Positions 63,459 through 64,000 of a stretch of DNA of 64,000 nt are shown here, piece by piece. Under the pieces are notes generated by a model. It did no database searches. It saw only the letters and a list, made by a program, of their open reading frames with translations, and was not told where the DNA came from. This stretch comes from Nitriliruptoraceae bacterium (lineage in GTDB: Bacteria; Actinomycetota; Nitriliruptoria; Nitriliruptorales; Nitriliruptoraceae). Each line of letters opens with the position of its first letter. Position 1 is the stretch's first letter. Location: the NCBI GenBank assembly GCA_040904785.1, contig JBBDSV010000086.1:288-64287 (forward strand), written 5' to 3'. Made by a program: the position numbers and the translations under genes.

Positions 63459-64000
63459 TCACCACCCTTTGGGATGCCACACCGTCTTGGTCTCGCAGAA
63501 GGCGAGGATGCGTGCGGGACCGTCGGCGTCCTGGGTCGGTGGTGTACGCACCACCCGTTTGACGTTCTCGGCTGCGGCCGTCTCCCAGTCCGTGGTGTCG
63601 CGATCGGCGACGCCGCCGAGATCGATCGCGTTGACGTCGAGATGGCCGGCAAGCACCGGCGTGAGCTCCTCGACGTCGCCGGTGAGCACGTTGACGACGC
63701 CGCCGGGCACATCGGAGGTCGCGAGCACCTCGGCGAGTGTGATCGCGGGCAGTGGCCACCGGGTGTTCGGCACGACGACGACCGTGTTGCCCGACACGAT
63801 GACCGGGGCGATCGCTGCGACCAGCCCCGCCAACGCATCGTCCTGCGGGGCGATGACCGCCACCACGCCGGTCGGCTCCGGAACCGAGATGTTGAAGTAC
63901 GGGCCGGCGACCGGATTCGCCGCACCGGAAACCTGGGCGAACTTGTCCGACCATCCCGCGTACCAGACCCACATGTCGATCGCGGATGTGACCTGGGTGC
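63459..64000 (-). CDS. Aldehyde dehydrogenase family protein, 5'-partial (continues past the window end)
   Basis: YAGWSDKFAQV..., EPTGVVAVIAP, and PGGVVNVLTG are ALDH family motifs. The frame is open to nt 64000. Confidence 0.8.
   Translation of the reverse strand, partial: TQVTSAIDMWVWYAGWSDKFAQVSGAANPVAGPYFNISVPEPTGVVAVIAPQDDALAGLVAAIAPVIVSGNTVVVVPNTRWPLPAITLAEVLATSDVPGGVVNVLTGDVEELTPVLAGHLDVNAIDLGGVADRDTTDWETAAAENVKRVVRTPPTQDADGPARILAFCETKTVWHPKGW

Overview
High-GC (roughly 70%) chromosomal segment with the gene order of the conserved Actinomycetota core: comEC-holA ... rpsT / lepA ... hemW ... hrcA-dnaJ-rsmE-phoH-ybeY-CNNM ... cdd-era ... recO-uppS. Lineage-variable blocks sit between these core genes. 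They are a 1,599-aa NAD-glutamate dehydrogenase; a pfk / P1B-5 metal ATPase / radical-SAM block; a five-gene sbcD-sbcC-recC-recB-recD array; RNase R; a PFOR plus DHODH-like pair; a BCCT transporter; an archaeal-type ProRS; and the phosphomutase/DUF3090/SCO1664 triad. I support about 50 protein-coding genes. Most are tightly packed, and many have 4-nt ATGA/GTGA start-stop overlaps. I recognised no rRNA, tRNA, CRISPR array, transposase, integrase or named anti-phage system. The most unusual feature is a 1,080-bp gap with no credible coding potential between pfk and the ATPase (14267-15346). Read on the minus strand, about 0.7 kb of this gap folds into a dense series of helices capped by four C(UUCG)G and six GNRA tetraloops. 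I could not match this large structured-RNA candidate to any RNA family I know. Secondary observations: a LexA (Cheo-type) SOS box inside a near-consensus promoter for an SplB-like radical SAM gene; a hemerythrin tail on the P1B ATPase; two genes that appear to need a CUG or other non-canonical start; a probable leaderless, autoregulated MocR regulator; and a PPi-type signature in the phosphofructokinase. All calls come from reading the sequence and the ORF translations. No database search was run.
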